Source: Okamejei kenojei (lineage: Eukaryota). From it: a stretch of DNA of 64,000 bases. The notes beneath the pieces are model-generated. The model had not been told where the DNA came from, made no database searches, and was given only the letters and a program-made list of their open reading frames with translations. The DNA lies in NCBI GenBank assembly GCA_035221665.1, contig CM069131.1, forward strand, positions 27,342,001 through 27,406,000. The letters are read 5' to 3'. Shown here piece after piece: positions 50,526 to 63,034 of the stretch (position 1 is its first letter; every line of letters starts with the position of its first letter). Made by a program: the position numbers and the translations under genes.

Positions 50526-51383
50526 AGTTTAGAGATACAGTGCAGAAACAGGCCATTCAGCCCACCACGTCCGCGCCAATCCCCCCCCCCCCCCTCCCCC
50601 CCCCCATCTGAGGAAACGGAAGGGAAATCTGCTCTAACATTACCACACTGGAGACATTAAATAAAGAGAACGAGCAGGTGAGTTTGTGGGGTAAAACTAC
50701 TCACGTATATCACACAACCTATTTCAAGTATCATTTTGGCTGAATGGCATGGAAAAATATGGAAAAATCTGAAATAAAAGCAAAATCTGGAAACTTTCAG
50801 CAGATCAAACAGCATTTGTGGAGTGAGAACAGAGTTAACATTTTGGGCCAAGGACCTGTTTAATTTTTGGTATTCCTGGTTACTCGCATCTCAATTCAAC
50901 GCTCCTATGTTTGTGTGAACATATTTTCGCAGCAGCAGCTTCTCAGAAAACACCGTGGCAATATTGGACATCCTGCAGATCATTTCCCTACTTGATTTAT
51001 TTTTTGTCTTTCCCCTATCCCCATATCCACTACAATTGCTGCAGAACTAAAAGTGATTTAATCTGAGAAAATATGCTTCTGTTTTTAAATTGTTTTTGCA
51101 CAAAAACACCTAACGTGATCCAATATGAAACAGATGAGAAAAGCAATGTAATTCTAGAAGAAAATCTGCTTCTGCACTTTTAATAGCACTATCCTGTAAA
51201 AGCAGTCCAGAACCAAATAAACACACGGCTCCTTTCTCTTAACAATAGTCATTAGATTCATCCATTATCACCCCCAGCCCCTTCTAAAAAGAGAAAAAAA
51301 AGTAATCCAATTCCCAGAGAAACAAGAACAGGAAATGCAGAGAAACAAGGTGTGATGTGTCTGAAGAATGGCCAAACCCTCCC

Positions 51384-51414
<31 letters not shown>

Positions 51415-53428
51415 ACGTTGAATTTTGTGGACACAATCAAATTTAAACTAAAAGCTCAAAAGGTAAGGTATACAAGCATGCCACAGTAATCTGAGATGAG
51501 AAATCCATCATTCTATGTTGAAAAGAAATGCTGATTTGAAGAAAAAAAAAAGTCCTGGTGTGGCATAACTTTCCTCTTCTCCATTAGCAGAGAGAGATTG
51601 ACACGTTGCAGATTATGGAGATGTCATAAGCATTGTCTTTGCTAAGCTAAAGGAAACTTTGACAGACACTGATACTTGCTCAGTCAGAGCTGAGGTCAAT
51701 CTAATGACTGAAAAATGGGAGTTCTGTTTCAGCCATTGAAGATCTGTTGGGGATGGCAATAGTAAGGTTGCCAGTCTAAAAATGAGAGCAAGGAACTGAT
51801 ATAATTTATTGCCTAAGAATTCTTATTTACCTACAGTAAACACAAAATAATGCATATGTACAGGTGAAAAATAATTGCTAACAACATTTATTCTTTGGCA
51901 GCGGATCAGACTCCAATTCTTTAGGGTTGCTTTGAAACAATTTCTAAGACTTTAATTTAGGATACCGCACAAACAGGAAATCTTTCTTCCTACATCAATT
52001 CAATTTCATCTAATCTACCAAATTCTTTCTCCATTCACTCTGCCAAGTACTTAACTATTTAGTACATTCAATCCAAATGATATGAATACCAGATAGCCAG
52101 GGGTAATAAACATGTTGATAATACATCCTCCCATCATATTAATTTCCTGCAAAAATGTATTATTAAGAACCATAATAAATCCTGCAATTAACAAGAACCT
52201 GATAGATAACAGCATTAATGAAAAATTCTATACTAGTCAAAGGGAATTAGTATATATTCCTACACTGGGCCGTGTGATTACTCATTAATCTATGACTTAT
52301 CAGTGCTTTATCACTGGTGGAATTCATTTTAATTTTTACTCCCTCTCCATTTTCCCGACTTTTACACCTTAACATGCACGTTTACTGGTGATCATTTTAT
52401 GAATAAAGCAAATTTTAAAACTTACATTTATTGTCATTGAAAAGGTGAGATTTGATTTATCTGTCAAGTTCTCGCCTCTGCAAGTTTCTCGGTGTCCTGT
52501 ACTCTGTTCATTTTCATTGTTTGCTTTTCATTAGTATTGATACTTAAGTATTTATTCATGCTGTGATTAAACTGTTGATTATGTTGACAGTGATGGTTCT
52601 ACATATTCATGGTTCTATTTCTTCTTCTGGTGGGAAATTGGATACGTTTGGCTCAAATTTCAACATTTCTACGAAAATAGTAACTTGGCACCAGAATTGT
52701 AACTATTATATTTCTCAGAGACACTCTTTTAGGTGTAGTCACTAATTACATATTAGAAAATTACTGAAGGTACATTGTATAGAATCTTGTGGTTTCTGAC
52801 TCACCCATTTATCATTCTTATGGAAACGCCTAAACTAAAATTGTACATAATTATGTGTCATATAGAAGGATATGGTGGATTGAAGGCATTTCTTAAATCT
52901 TTTTTTGTAAATTCCATTTTCCCAAATACGTGTCATAATTGTGCTTTGTATGCACAGAAATGCCTTCTTACCAATCTTAGAAACACTTTGTGACATCATA
53001 AAATGGCATTGATGATCAATATACAGTTTGTGTGTTTAGATTCCTAAAGAATGTTAACAGATACAGTATTGCGATGTGCTCATTTACTGTAAGTTTTTCC
53101 CTGGCACCAATGTGGGTCTCTCTTTATTCAAATATTAGTTTAATTTTGCCTTTCAGATTATTAACATTTTAACATATATTTACTGTGTCTGTTTGTGTGT
53201 ATGTATGTTTTTCTTTCTTCATCCCTAACACATGTTCCTTTAACCAAGACGACAACCGTGAGATCTGTTGAAGGACATTGAAGCCCTTTGAGCAAAATGT
53301 TGCCATTGGTGTTTATAATTTTAATTTTATGCAGCTCTCGTGGAAAAGGTCACCTTTTATCAGTTTGAAAATGTTCCATTCTTTGGGTCCTTTTGATGTT
53401 TCTTACTGTAAATCTTTACTGTTTTCAG

Positions 53429-53524
53429 GGTCCTCTTTCTTTCCAAAGAGTCCAGTATTGTTTCCCAGCAATGCAGCTGCTAGCAGATTGGCTGAACATG
53501 CACAGGATGTTTCTGGTCCCGCAG
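53429..53524 (+). CDS. ARFIP1: Arfaptin-1 96-nt symmetric (phase 1-1) cassette exon (GSSFFPKSPVLFPSNAAASRLAEHAQDVSGPA)
   Basis: ctgttttcag|GG acceptor and CAG|gtattc donor. The AASRLA motif matches human PSRVAASRLAQQGSDLIVPA; 32 aa is the size difference between the long and short human isoforms. Confidence 0.88.
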
Positions 53525-55358
53525 GTATTCACACCTCTCCCTGGGAAACTTATTCCTTTTCTCAGCTGGCAATGCACTAACTTATTCTAATATCTTTGCA
53601 AATAATTAATAATTCTCTTAATAATGCTTGCATATTTCTCTTTTGCCACTGAAGGTCGAATGATGCAATGTTTCAGTGGCTGTTCCTCATTCTATTCTTC
53701 GTTCTGGCTTCAATCTTGCCCAGCAGAATTCGTAGTTTATCAACAGTTGATCTTTGAATTGCTTTTGCTTAAATTAATGCTAATTGCTTTTTTTCCCTTT
53801 GGGGAGCATTTAATTTCTCATGTCACATAGGCTGAAAGCATAAATTGATTGTAAAGATTGTGCCTCAGCCACAACGATGAGTCCAGTTTGACCATCATAA
53901 CACATTGTTAATGCACAGCAATTTGCTCAAATGCTATTTGAATCCAACTGCTAAATATTTCAATATAAGTATAAACGAACTGTAATTGTCATTTTTCAAT
54001 AATTGACCTGCTAATTTAACAATTTTCAGATTCAGTCCCCAAACTGAGCCTATTTGGGATAGGGGATATGGATGGAAAAAAATGTCAGTAATACAATTTC
54101 GTAGTCACTAATCAGTTCGTCCTGTTTCTTAATTGCCCTCGTAGTAATTAAACAGACTGCCAACAATTGCTGTTTTGAATTATGGACAACATATTAAAGG
54201 GCATCTTTACAAATGACATTTGCATTATGCTTTTAGCCTATGTGACATATAATTTAAATGTTTCTTTGGATCAGTACGCGAGCAATAGATAGTTGTGTTC
54301 ACAAGGTGCATATTTTGGACAATCACATTTGGACTTTTTTAAAGAATCATTTGTTTTAGGCTCAAAGTGCAAAATATATTTTTATAACGAAAATTGAAAC
54401 CTCCCGTTTGGGGTTATTTTGAATGGGACTTTGAACCTAGTTAACTTTGACTGGATTCAACAGTTTTGCTCTACTCTGAGGTTTATTCTTGATGTCTTAA
54501 ATTCCCTTCCTATCATGAATTGTTTCCCTTTTGATTTTTCTTCTCATGTTTGAGTGTTTTTTTTTAAACTAACTTGCAGTAATCACTTATGATCGCTATT
54601 TGCTTTTAATCTGCTTTGTATTTTCCTTGAATTGTCCTGATTTTTTGTATTTATGATATTACAAAACTGCTGTTGGAATGCTCTCAGGCAGTTAATGTGT
54701 TTTAAATATCTGCCTGATATGCAAAACTTTTATTATCTTACATTTGTTATTTCCCTTTCCTCTTTGTTTTGGATTGACTTCACCTTGAATCTATGTATAG
54801 GTTTTAAATCTATGTATAGATTTTTCATATCTGATACAAAGGTTTTCCATCTGTACCTACAAACCGTTGTATGATCAGGAAAGTATGATAGTATTGTATG
54901 GCCAAAGCATTCTACCTAGTAGTTAATACCATTCCCAATTTAGCAAACTCTTCTCCCCTCTTGCCTCCATCTCGCAAAGTATAAACTGTTTCAGTATAAT
55001 ATTCCACCTCGCTCTCTCGCTCTCCCTCTCTCCTCCTGATCACCCAATAATTAAACCTTGAACTGACATGCACCAAGACGTTGCAGAGTGGCAGGCCAGA
55101 CGTAGCCTATGGGCATATCCTGCGCACCATTGCATTAAAAGTCTTCAAACCGACTACCAATAGCTGTGGTAACAAGTTTCACTTTTAACTGCCCTATGTG
55201 GTATGTATCACCCAAATTTGGATTCTCACACAAGTGAAAACATTCTCTCTGCATCAACTCTATCTACAACACAAAACAGTACAACACAAGAACACTACCT
55301 TTGACATACAATGTCCGTGCCGAACATGATGCCGAATTAAAATAATTTCTTCTACCTA

Positions 55359-57024
55359 CAGTGCCCTCCATAATGTTTGGGACAAAGACCCATTGTTTGT
55401 TTAATTGCCTCTGTACTCCACAATTTGAGATTTGCAATGGAAAAAATAATGTGGTTAAAGTGCACATTGTCAGATTTTATTAAAGGCCATTTTTATACAT
55501 TTTCGTTTCACCATGTAGAAAGTACAGCTGTGTTTATACATAATCCCCCCATTTCAGGGCACCATAATGTTTGGGCCACATGGCTTCACAGGTGTTTGTA
55601 ATTGTTCAGGTGTGTTTAATTGCCTTCTTAATGCAGGTATAAATGAGCTCTCAGCACCTAATCTTTCCTCCAGTCTTTCCATCACCTTTGGAAACTTTTA
55701 TTGCTGTTTATCAACATGAGGACCAAAGTTGTGCCAATGAAAGTCAAATAAGCCATTCTTTGGCAAAGAAGCCAAAGAAGTCTGAGAAACAAAAATAAAA
55801 CTGTTAGAGACATCAGCCAAACCTTAGGCTTACTAAAATCAACTGTTTGGAACATCATTAAGGCAAAAGAGAGCACTGGTGAGCTTACAAATTGCAAAGG
55901 GACTGGCAGGCCAAGGAAGATCTCCACAACTGATGACAGAAAAATTCTCTCTATAATAAAGAAAAATCCCCAAACATTTGTCCGACAGATCAGAAACGCT
56001 CTTCAGGAGTCGGGTGTGGATTTGTCAATGACCACTGTCCGTAGAAGACTTCATGAACAGAAATACAGAGGTTACACTGCAAGATGCAAACCACTGGTTA
56101 GCCACAAAATAGGATAGCCAGGTTACAGTTTGCCAAGAAGTACTTAAAAGAGCAACCACAGTTCGGGAAAAAGGTCTTGTGGACAGATGAGATGAAGATT
56201 AACTTAATCAGAGTGATGGCAAGAGCAAAATATAGAGGAGAGAAGAAACTGTCCAAGATCCAAAGCATACCACCTCATCTGTGAAACATGGTGGTGCGGG
56301 TATTACGGCCTGGGCATGTATGGCTGCTGAAGGTACTGGCTCACTTATCTTCATTGATGATACAACTGCTGATGGTAGTAGCATAATGAATTCTGAAGTA
56401 TATAGACACATCGTATCTGCTCAAGTTCAAACAAATGCTCAAAACTCATTGGCTGGCGGTTCATTGTACAGCAAGCCAATGATCTCAAACATACTGCTAA
56501 AGCAACAAAGGAGTTTTTCAAAGCTAGAAAATTGTCAATTCTTCAGTGGCCAAGTCAATCACTCAATTTGAACCCAATTGAGCATGCCTTTTATATGCTG
56601 AAGAGAAAACTGAAGGGAACTAGCCCCCAAAACAAGCATGAGCGAAAGATGGCTGCAATACAGGCTTGGCAGAGCATCACCAGAGAAGACGTCCAGCAAC
56701 TGCTGATGTCCATGAATCGCAAACTTCAAGCATGCAAAGGATATGCAAAAAAATACAAAACATGACTACTTTAATTTACATGACATTGCTGTGTCCCAAA
56801 CATTATGGTTCCCTGAAATGGGGGGACTATGTATAAACACTGCTGTAATTTCTACATGGTGAAACTAAAATGTATCAAAATGGCCTTTATTAAAATCTGA
56901 CAATGTGCACTTTAACCATATGTGATTTTTTTTGTTTTTGTTTTCTATTACAAATCTCAAATTGTGGAGTATAGAGGCAAATAAATAAATGATGGGTCTG
57001 TCCCAAACATTATGGAGGGCACTG
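55359..57024 (+). mobile_element. Full-length inactive Tc1/mariner (DD34E) transposon with ~220-bp IR/DR-type TIRs
   Basis: TA|CAGTGCCCTCCATAATGTTTGGGAC at the left end and its inverse at the right end (TSD TA mutated to CA). Inner repeats CCATAATGTTTGGG near 55562 and in inverse near 56795. Inserted within a CR1 tail. Confidence 0.95.
55716..56765 (+). pseudogene. Tc1 transposase pseudogene
   Basis: GRPRK, VLWTDE, VKHGGAG, QQ(D>A)NDLKH then 34 aa to NPIE, and WPSQSLNLNPIE motifs. Several stops and frameshifts; the second catalytic Asp is mutated. Confidence 0.93.
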
Positions 57025-58760
57025 CACACGTGATCCATATCCCTCAATTGCCTGTATATTCAATTTCATATATAAATGACTATTAAATGTCATTATCTTA
57101 TCCACTTCTACCACCACCCTGGCAGCATTTTCCAGGCACTCTTAACTCTCTGTTTTAAAAAAACGGCCCCACATTGCCTTTAAGCATTTCCCCTCTGATC
57201 TTAATGCTGTGCCCTTTAACATTTTCTTTAACATATCCATTGTGGGAATAAGGTTCAGGCTGTTTACCCTATCGGAGTTTCTCCGAAATGTCTACACTTC
57301 TATCAGGTCTCTCCTCAAATTCCTGGCACTGCAGAGAAAACAATCCAAGCACAGACCTGCGGAACGTCACGAATGACAGATTCGTAATTAGTAAGGGTGT
57401 CAAGGGTTATGGGGCGAAGGCAGAAGAATGGGGTTGATAGGGAAAGATAGATCAGCTATGATTGAATAGCGAAATAGACTTGATGGGCCAAATGGCCTAA
57501 TTCTGCTCCTAAAACGTATGAACTTGCCCGACCTCTCCTTGTAGCTAATACCCTCTAATCTGAGTCTGAAGAAGGGTCTCGACCCGAAACATCACCCATT
57601 CCTTGTCTCCAGAGATGCTGCCTGTCCCACTGAGTTACTCCAGTATTTTGTGTGTACCCTGTAATCCAGGTATGCATCCTGTTGAACCTCCTCTGCAGCC
57701 TCCCCAAAACCTCCACATTCTTCCTGTAACGGGGTGACCAGAATTACATCCAACACGCCAAATGCAGCGGACCAAACTATTAAAAAGCTGCAACATGACT
57801 TTATGACTCGTACTCAATGTCTTAATCATAAATTCCTTCCATTATCCTTGAGTGATCCTGCCTTCTCTCGAGTTAACCTCTTGTTTTACATATGGGAAAA
57901 GGCTTGGGATTTTCTTTAATCCGATTTACCAGTAACATTTCGTAACTGCTTTTGGCACATCTAATTCTTTGCTTGAGTTCTTTCCCGCCTGCGTCATATC
58001 ATCAAAGGCCCCGTCTGATTTAATCTTCCTGAACTTTACATATGGTTTTTTTTCCTGACCCATTTTACAACCCCTCTAGTCATCCATGTTCCTCACCCTT
58101 ATCCCTCTTCTTTACTGGAATATGCCGGTCCTGAATTCTGATTAGCTGATCTTTAAACTACTCCCAAATTTCTGATGTGGACTTCCCAATTTACCTTCTT
58201 CAGCTCCTGTCTAATAAGGTATTCAAAGTTACCCCAATTTAGGTATGTTCCTCCAAAATCCAGACTTATCCTTCGCCATAACTAACTTAATACTGATAGA
58301 GTTGTGATTGCTGTTCCAAATGCTCTTCCACCGAAACCTAGCTAAGCTCGTTTCCCAATACAAGGTCCAATGTGGTCCATCCCAGAGTTGAGCGATCCAC
58401 ATACAGTTTCACAAAACTCTTTTGGCTACACCTAACAAATTCTGCTCCCTAACAAATTCTGCTCCATTTAAGCTTTTTGCATTAAGGAAGTCCCAGTCAA
58501 TGTCACCTAAGATGAGAACCCGGTTGTTTTTGCATCTTTCCATAATCTGTGAGCAGAGCTGTTTCTGTATCTCCTGCTGCTGGCTAATGGGAAACAATAG
58601 TATTGTATTTGAGTGCCAGCACCTTTCTTATTTTTGAACTCTACTCGTATTGTGTCAGCGGATGAACCCTCTGGTATGTCTTTGCTAAGTGTAGCTGTGA
58701 CATTTTCCCAGATTAGTTAAGCAACTCATCCACCTCCTTTTCCTGCATCTGTATCACATC
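57025..58760 (-). mobile_element. CR1 LINE fragment (endonuclease to 3' end, deleted) with nested insertions
   Basis: QLCSQIMERCKNNRVLILGDIDW endonuclease region. The 3' tail continues on the other side of the Tc1 (55265-55358). Confidence 0.75.
57562..57655 (+). repeat. Penelope pLTR-derived repeat inserted in CR1 (core 57566-57593)
   Basis: CTGAAGA AGGGTCTCGACCC GAAACATC. Confidence 0.78.
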
Positions 58761-61266
58761 TGATATTTTCACAAAGCTATCAAGAGGGAATTCAGGACCA
58801 AACTAGTGTTCTGAGGTTGTGGCAAGGCTTGCATGCTATAACGGGCTACTAAGTGAAGTCAGGCAGTTTTTGTTGGCAACCACTGGTCTCTTCAATACAT
58901 TTTATGCTCACTTTGAACAGAAGATCGATGGAGTAACAAAATCGGCCCCAACAACCTCGGTTGTACCTGTATCTGAGTTACGATAGCAGATATCAGATTG
59001 GTTGTCTTGAGAGTGAACCTGCAGAAAGCAGCTGTCCTGGATTAAGTCTCTAGCCACGTCCTCGGAACTTGCACAAACAAAAGCTTTTCACTCTATTTCA
59101 GTACACGCGACAATGATATATCACTACAGACTGAATACGCGTGCTCTGCAAAGCAGTCACGCCCTCTGCATTAATTTTTCCACTGTAAAGAAGACCACGT
59201 TATGAACAGGGAATGCAATACACTAGAATATAAACATGGGGAAGTGTAGATGTTGCGATCTTGAGCAAAGCGCTGGAATAATTCAGCGGGCCGAGGAGGG
59301 AATGGATGGAAGACATTTTAGGTCGGGACCCTTATTCAGAATCGAGACTTATCTCGACCCAAAATGTCACTTATCCATTCCCTCCGCAGATGCTGCCTGA
59401 CCCGCCATTACATTAGCAGCACCTTGTGTTTTACATGAGATTGGACGATGGTCCAAGGGGCTGGTCTCTAAACTGGAGAAACCAAATGCAGATCACAGCT
59501 TACAGATGTGCAGTCAGAAACGCGTCACAGTAGTTCGCTAGTGGCAGTTCATTAATTAGATCTTCACGGCTTAATCTGATTTTGACCCCATAGCTATTGG
59601 AGTTGCTGTATGGGAGATAAGATTCATTCCCATGAGATGAAGCGATTACCAGAGGTGAAGGTGTTACATGTTCTTGTTAGATATATTTCTCACTGCAAGA
59701 TTCAAAATAGCAGATTATCTGTCATCTGACAAGTTAGTGTGTACCACTGACAAGAACAGGGCATTTAAATGTTTGTACTTGGATAACAAATTTTCTTCCC
59801 CTTAAATGTGAAGGCAAAATAAGCAGAATGAGGCGGGAAAATGTGGATACGACCAAAAGACAAAAAATTATTTAAGAATCAAGTTTTTTTACTTCAATCA
59901 AAATCAAATCGAACAAATCAAACAAACTTTATTGTCATTTAGACATACATCGATATATGCAATTCCAAACGAAATTCCGTTGCATTTGGCTCCCCGTGCA
60001 ACACAATAATAAACAGAAGGATGAAATGGATAAAAAGATAAAATGGATAAAAGGATAAAATAGACAATGGTGACAGCCCATTACATGGCATTCAGGAGTT
60101 TGATGGCTCGTGGAAAGAAGCTGTTTCAGAACCTTGATGTTCTGCTCCTTATGCTACGATATATTTTGCCCGAGGGCAGCAGAGTGAACAGTCCGTGATG
60201 GAGACGTGTGGGGACCTTTATAATAATGCTGGCCTTAGATACCCAACGTTTGGTCGCAATATCCCCGATTGAGGGGAGAGAAAGTTTTCTTGGGTGATAA
60301 AGTTATCATATGTATTTCAGCTATCATGAAGCGCATTTGGCACTTTAATTAATATAGTTAGATTGTGTCACAGGTTTTGCATTTGTTGAAGAGTATTGCC
60401 AAAAACGAGTTGCATCTACATCAACATGAAAGCTAATGTGCTTACCCATGGTGAGAATGATTTACATTTCTATTATTTTTAAGCAAAGGCTGGAGGAAAA
60501 GATTTTTTTAAATTTCTCAAGTCCTTTCCTGTGCCGCACTACAAAGCTGCTTAAAACAAATTTATGCTCAGTGGAATCATCACTTTGCACTGAAATCATA
60601 TGGTGGCCCACAACTGAAGCATTGCCTTTCTATGAAGTAAATATAGCCGAATATGCCGTTGTAATTTAATGCCTTTCTAAATTTCTATTGTCGATAGCCA
60701 CATTAATCGTGAGATGTGTGGCACAAAAGGTGTCTGTTTGGCCATTTATATTCTTGTCATCCATTACGAGACCTATTTTGATGAACTTCATCTCCTACCT
60801 TCTCGTCCATAATCCTGTAGAGAATAACACTTTTTGGATTCTTGTTTAGGCCTCCATCATCCTTTTCACGTAGAGTCTCATAATTGTGAATCTCCACATA
60901 CCACGTGCCATTTTCTTTGTGTAATGTAGTCATGAAATTTTACCTGTGAAAAGATACAAAATGCCGATCAGACAACATCCATGGAGAACATGGGCATGTG
61001 ACGATTTGGGTCGTGACCCTTCTTCAGACGTCCTGACCTAAAACATTGTCTATCCATGTTCTCCACGCATGACTGATATCTCAGTCATATGACTTTCATT
61101 TCCATTTGTAATGATTTTGTCAAGAAGGTACTAATCCAATGCTTGATCATGAACCAAATGCTGAGTGTATTCTTAAATACTTTCCACATGTAAATAATCA
61201 TGCTGTATTCTGAATAAATTCTCATTACCTTTAACCTCTAGTTTTTAGAGCTATATGTCCACTTGC

Positions 61267-61298
<32 letters not shown>

Positions 61299-62135
61299 TG
61301 CATGGCTGATTGAAGCTGCTCTAATCCAGAATGAAATTATAAAATTGTGCTTATAATTACGCTGGTCTACATAGTATATTGTCCAATCATTTAGTCTACT
61401 GAACCTCATAAATATAGCAATATACTCTGAATTATGCCAAAACATGATAGGCCTCCTAATGTACATGAACTTCAATTTCCTGAAAACAGGTACAACCGAG
61501 ACTATCGTTATAATGCCCTTGGGGAATGCTCAGCTGCAGTTTGCAACCAGGTGCCATGGTTTAACAACAGCCATCTCACAAGCCCTTCATCCTCCATGTG
61601 TGTGTTTCCAGATCACTGCATCTAAATTTCTACTGAAGTAAAGGTTAAATGAAGGTCTACACATAAAATCTGACAATGATTTATTACGCATTAATTTCTT
61701 CATCCCTTTCTCCGCACAGTAAAAGGATGTGCAGTTTTAAATTGCACCGTCTAATTAGTCCTAGGCCAAGTTTATACCCTTGTGGTTTGAGGCTTAAAGT
61801 ATGGCTTTAGACGACCAGTAACTGCTTCCAATGTTACGTGCTGTTTATTGCGATTCTGACACAGCCACTTGGGTTAATAAGTTGGGTAAATTCATATGTA
61901 AGTTTCTAAATTAAAATCTTAAATTGATTACAACATGCAGTGCAGCTGCATTGTTGCCCTGTGCAGGTATTACTTGGCTGTGTTTTTGCTTTGTCATTTG
62001 ATTAAGTGTGGTCTTGAGTTCTCTTGTTTAATCATATTTTATTTGAACATGTTCTTTCAAGTTAACACTGTCTCAACCTTTAATGTAATTTGTTATTTAC
62101 ATTTTAACTGCATATGCTTATTTGAAAAAAAACAG

Positions 62136-62248
62136 GTGGCTTGAAAAACGCTCAGAGTGGTCCTGTTGTCATTACCGACGAAATATCAAAAAATATTGCT
62201 TTAGAAAAGCTTGAACAGATGAAAAAATGGAGTATAAGCACATACAAG
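62136..62248 (+). CDS. ARFIP1: Arfaptin-1 coding exon, 113 nt (GGLKNAQSGPVVITDEISKNIALEKLEQMKKWSISTYK): amphipathic helix and start of the AH/BAR region; the gene continues beyond the window
   Basis: aacag|GT acceptor and AAG|gtatgt donor, phase 1 to 0. Matches human SGPVILADEIKNPAMEKLELVRKWSLNTYK. Confidence 0.93.
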
Positions 62249-63034
62249 GTATGTGCCTTTTAGATCTTTCCATATCTTATCAGCTAAAGTAGATATTTGG
62301 AAGAATATCAATTAATTTTGAGACCGTATATTTTACATTGAGAAAAATAACCTTGTTTGACTTTATCGGTTCCTTTAATTCAAACTACTGCCTCCCAAAA
62401 AAAACTGCCCTCCACCTATTTATTTCAATTTTCCGGAGTTGTAGTTTACCTGCCAATGAAAGCAAAGTAGTGATCTATTTTTTGACCAAGAAAGTATTTT
62501 CACTGCGAAATTATAACTTGCCTTTGATGAAGTGTAGTGATGATCCAACTGCACTCACAATGAGATGATGTTGTAATTTTTTTTATTTTTTCAACATAAT
62601 TTCAGTTCGATTGAATAACACATCTGGTGTATATATCACTAAAGCCCCAATGTAGCATCACTTGAATACTGCCGCTGTATCTGGAAAGCCATTTCTTTAC
62701 CTCTCTTGCAACCATAAACAAGATGTGAGAACAAATTGTCTAATAACTGATCCATTATACACGTCTCCTTTATTTATATTTAGTTTAACATTTATTGACA
62801 TCTCCAAAATAAAAACGGAGACATATAATAGATGAAAATGTATGATTGATTAAATGATAAAATGGATGCTCAAGCAAGGCAAAGTTGATTATGAAACAAA
62901 TAAAGAAATAAAATATGTATCTGGAGGATTTGTGCGCCACTTGGAAAACTATCAGTACTTGCTGCACAAAAATAGAGCGACATTAACTTTTGTTTAAGCT
63001 CCAATACATTTCCTTCTACTAAAAGCTTAATCTA

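Noticed and set aside
51379-51414. Long poly-C runs (also 50581-50606, 61268-61298, 38324-38336)
   Set aside because: Simple homopolymers of uncertain assembled length; G4 or i-motif potential alone is not evidence of function.
456-61065. Recurring ~30-90-bp repeat that might suggest a CRISPR-like array
   Set aside because: Copies are dispersed in both orientations with no regular spacers, in a eukaryotic context; they are Penelope pLTR fragments.
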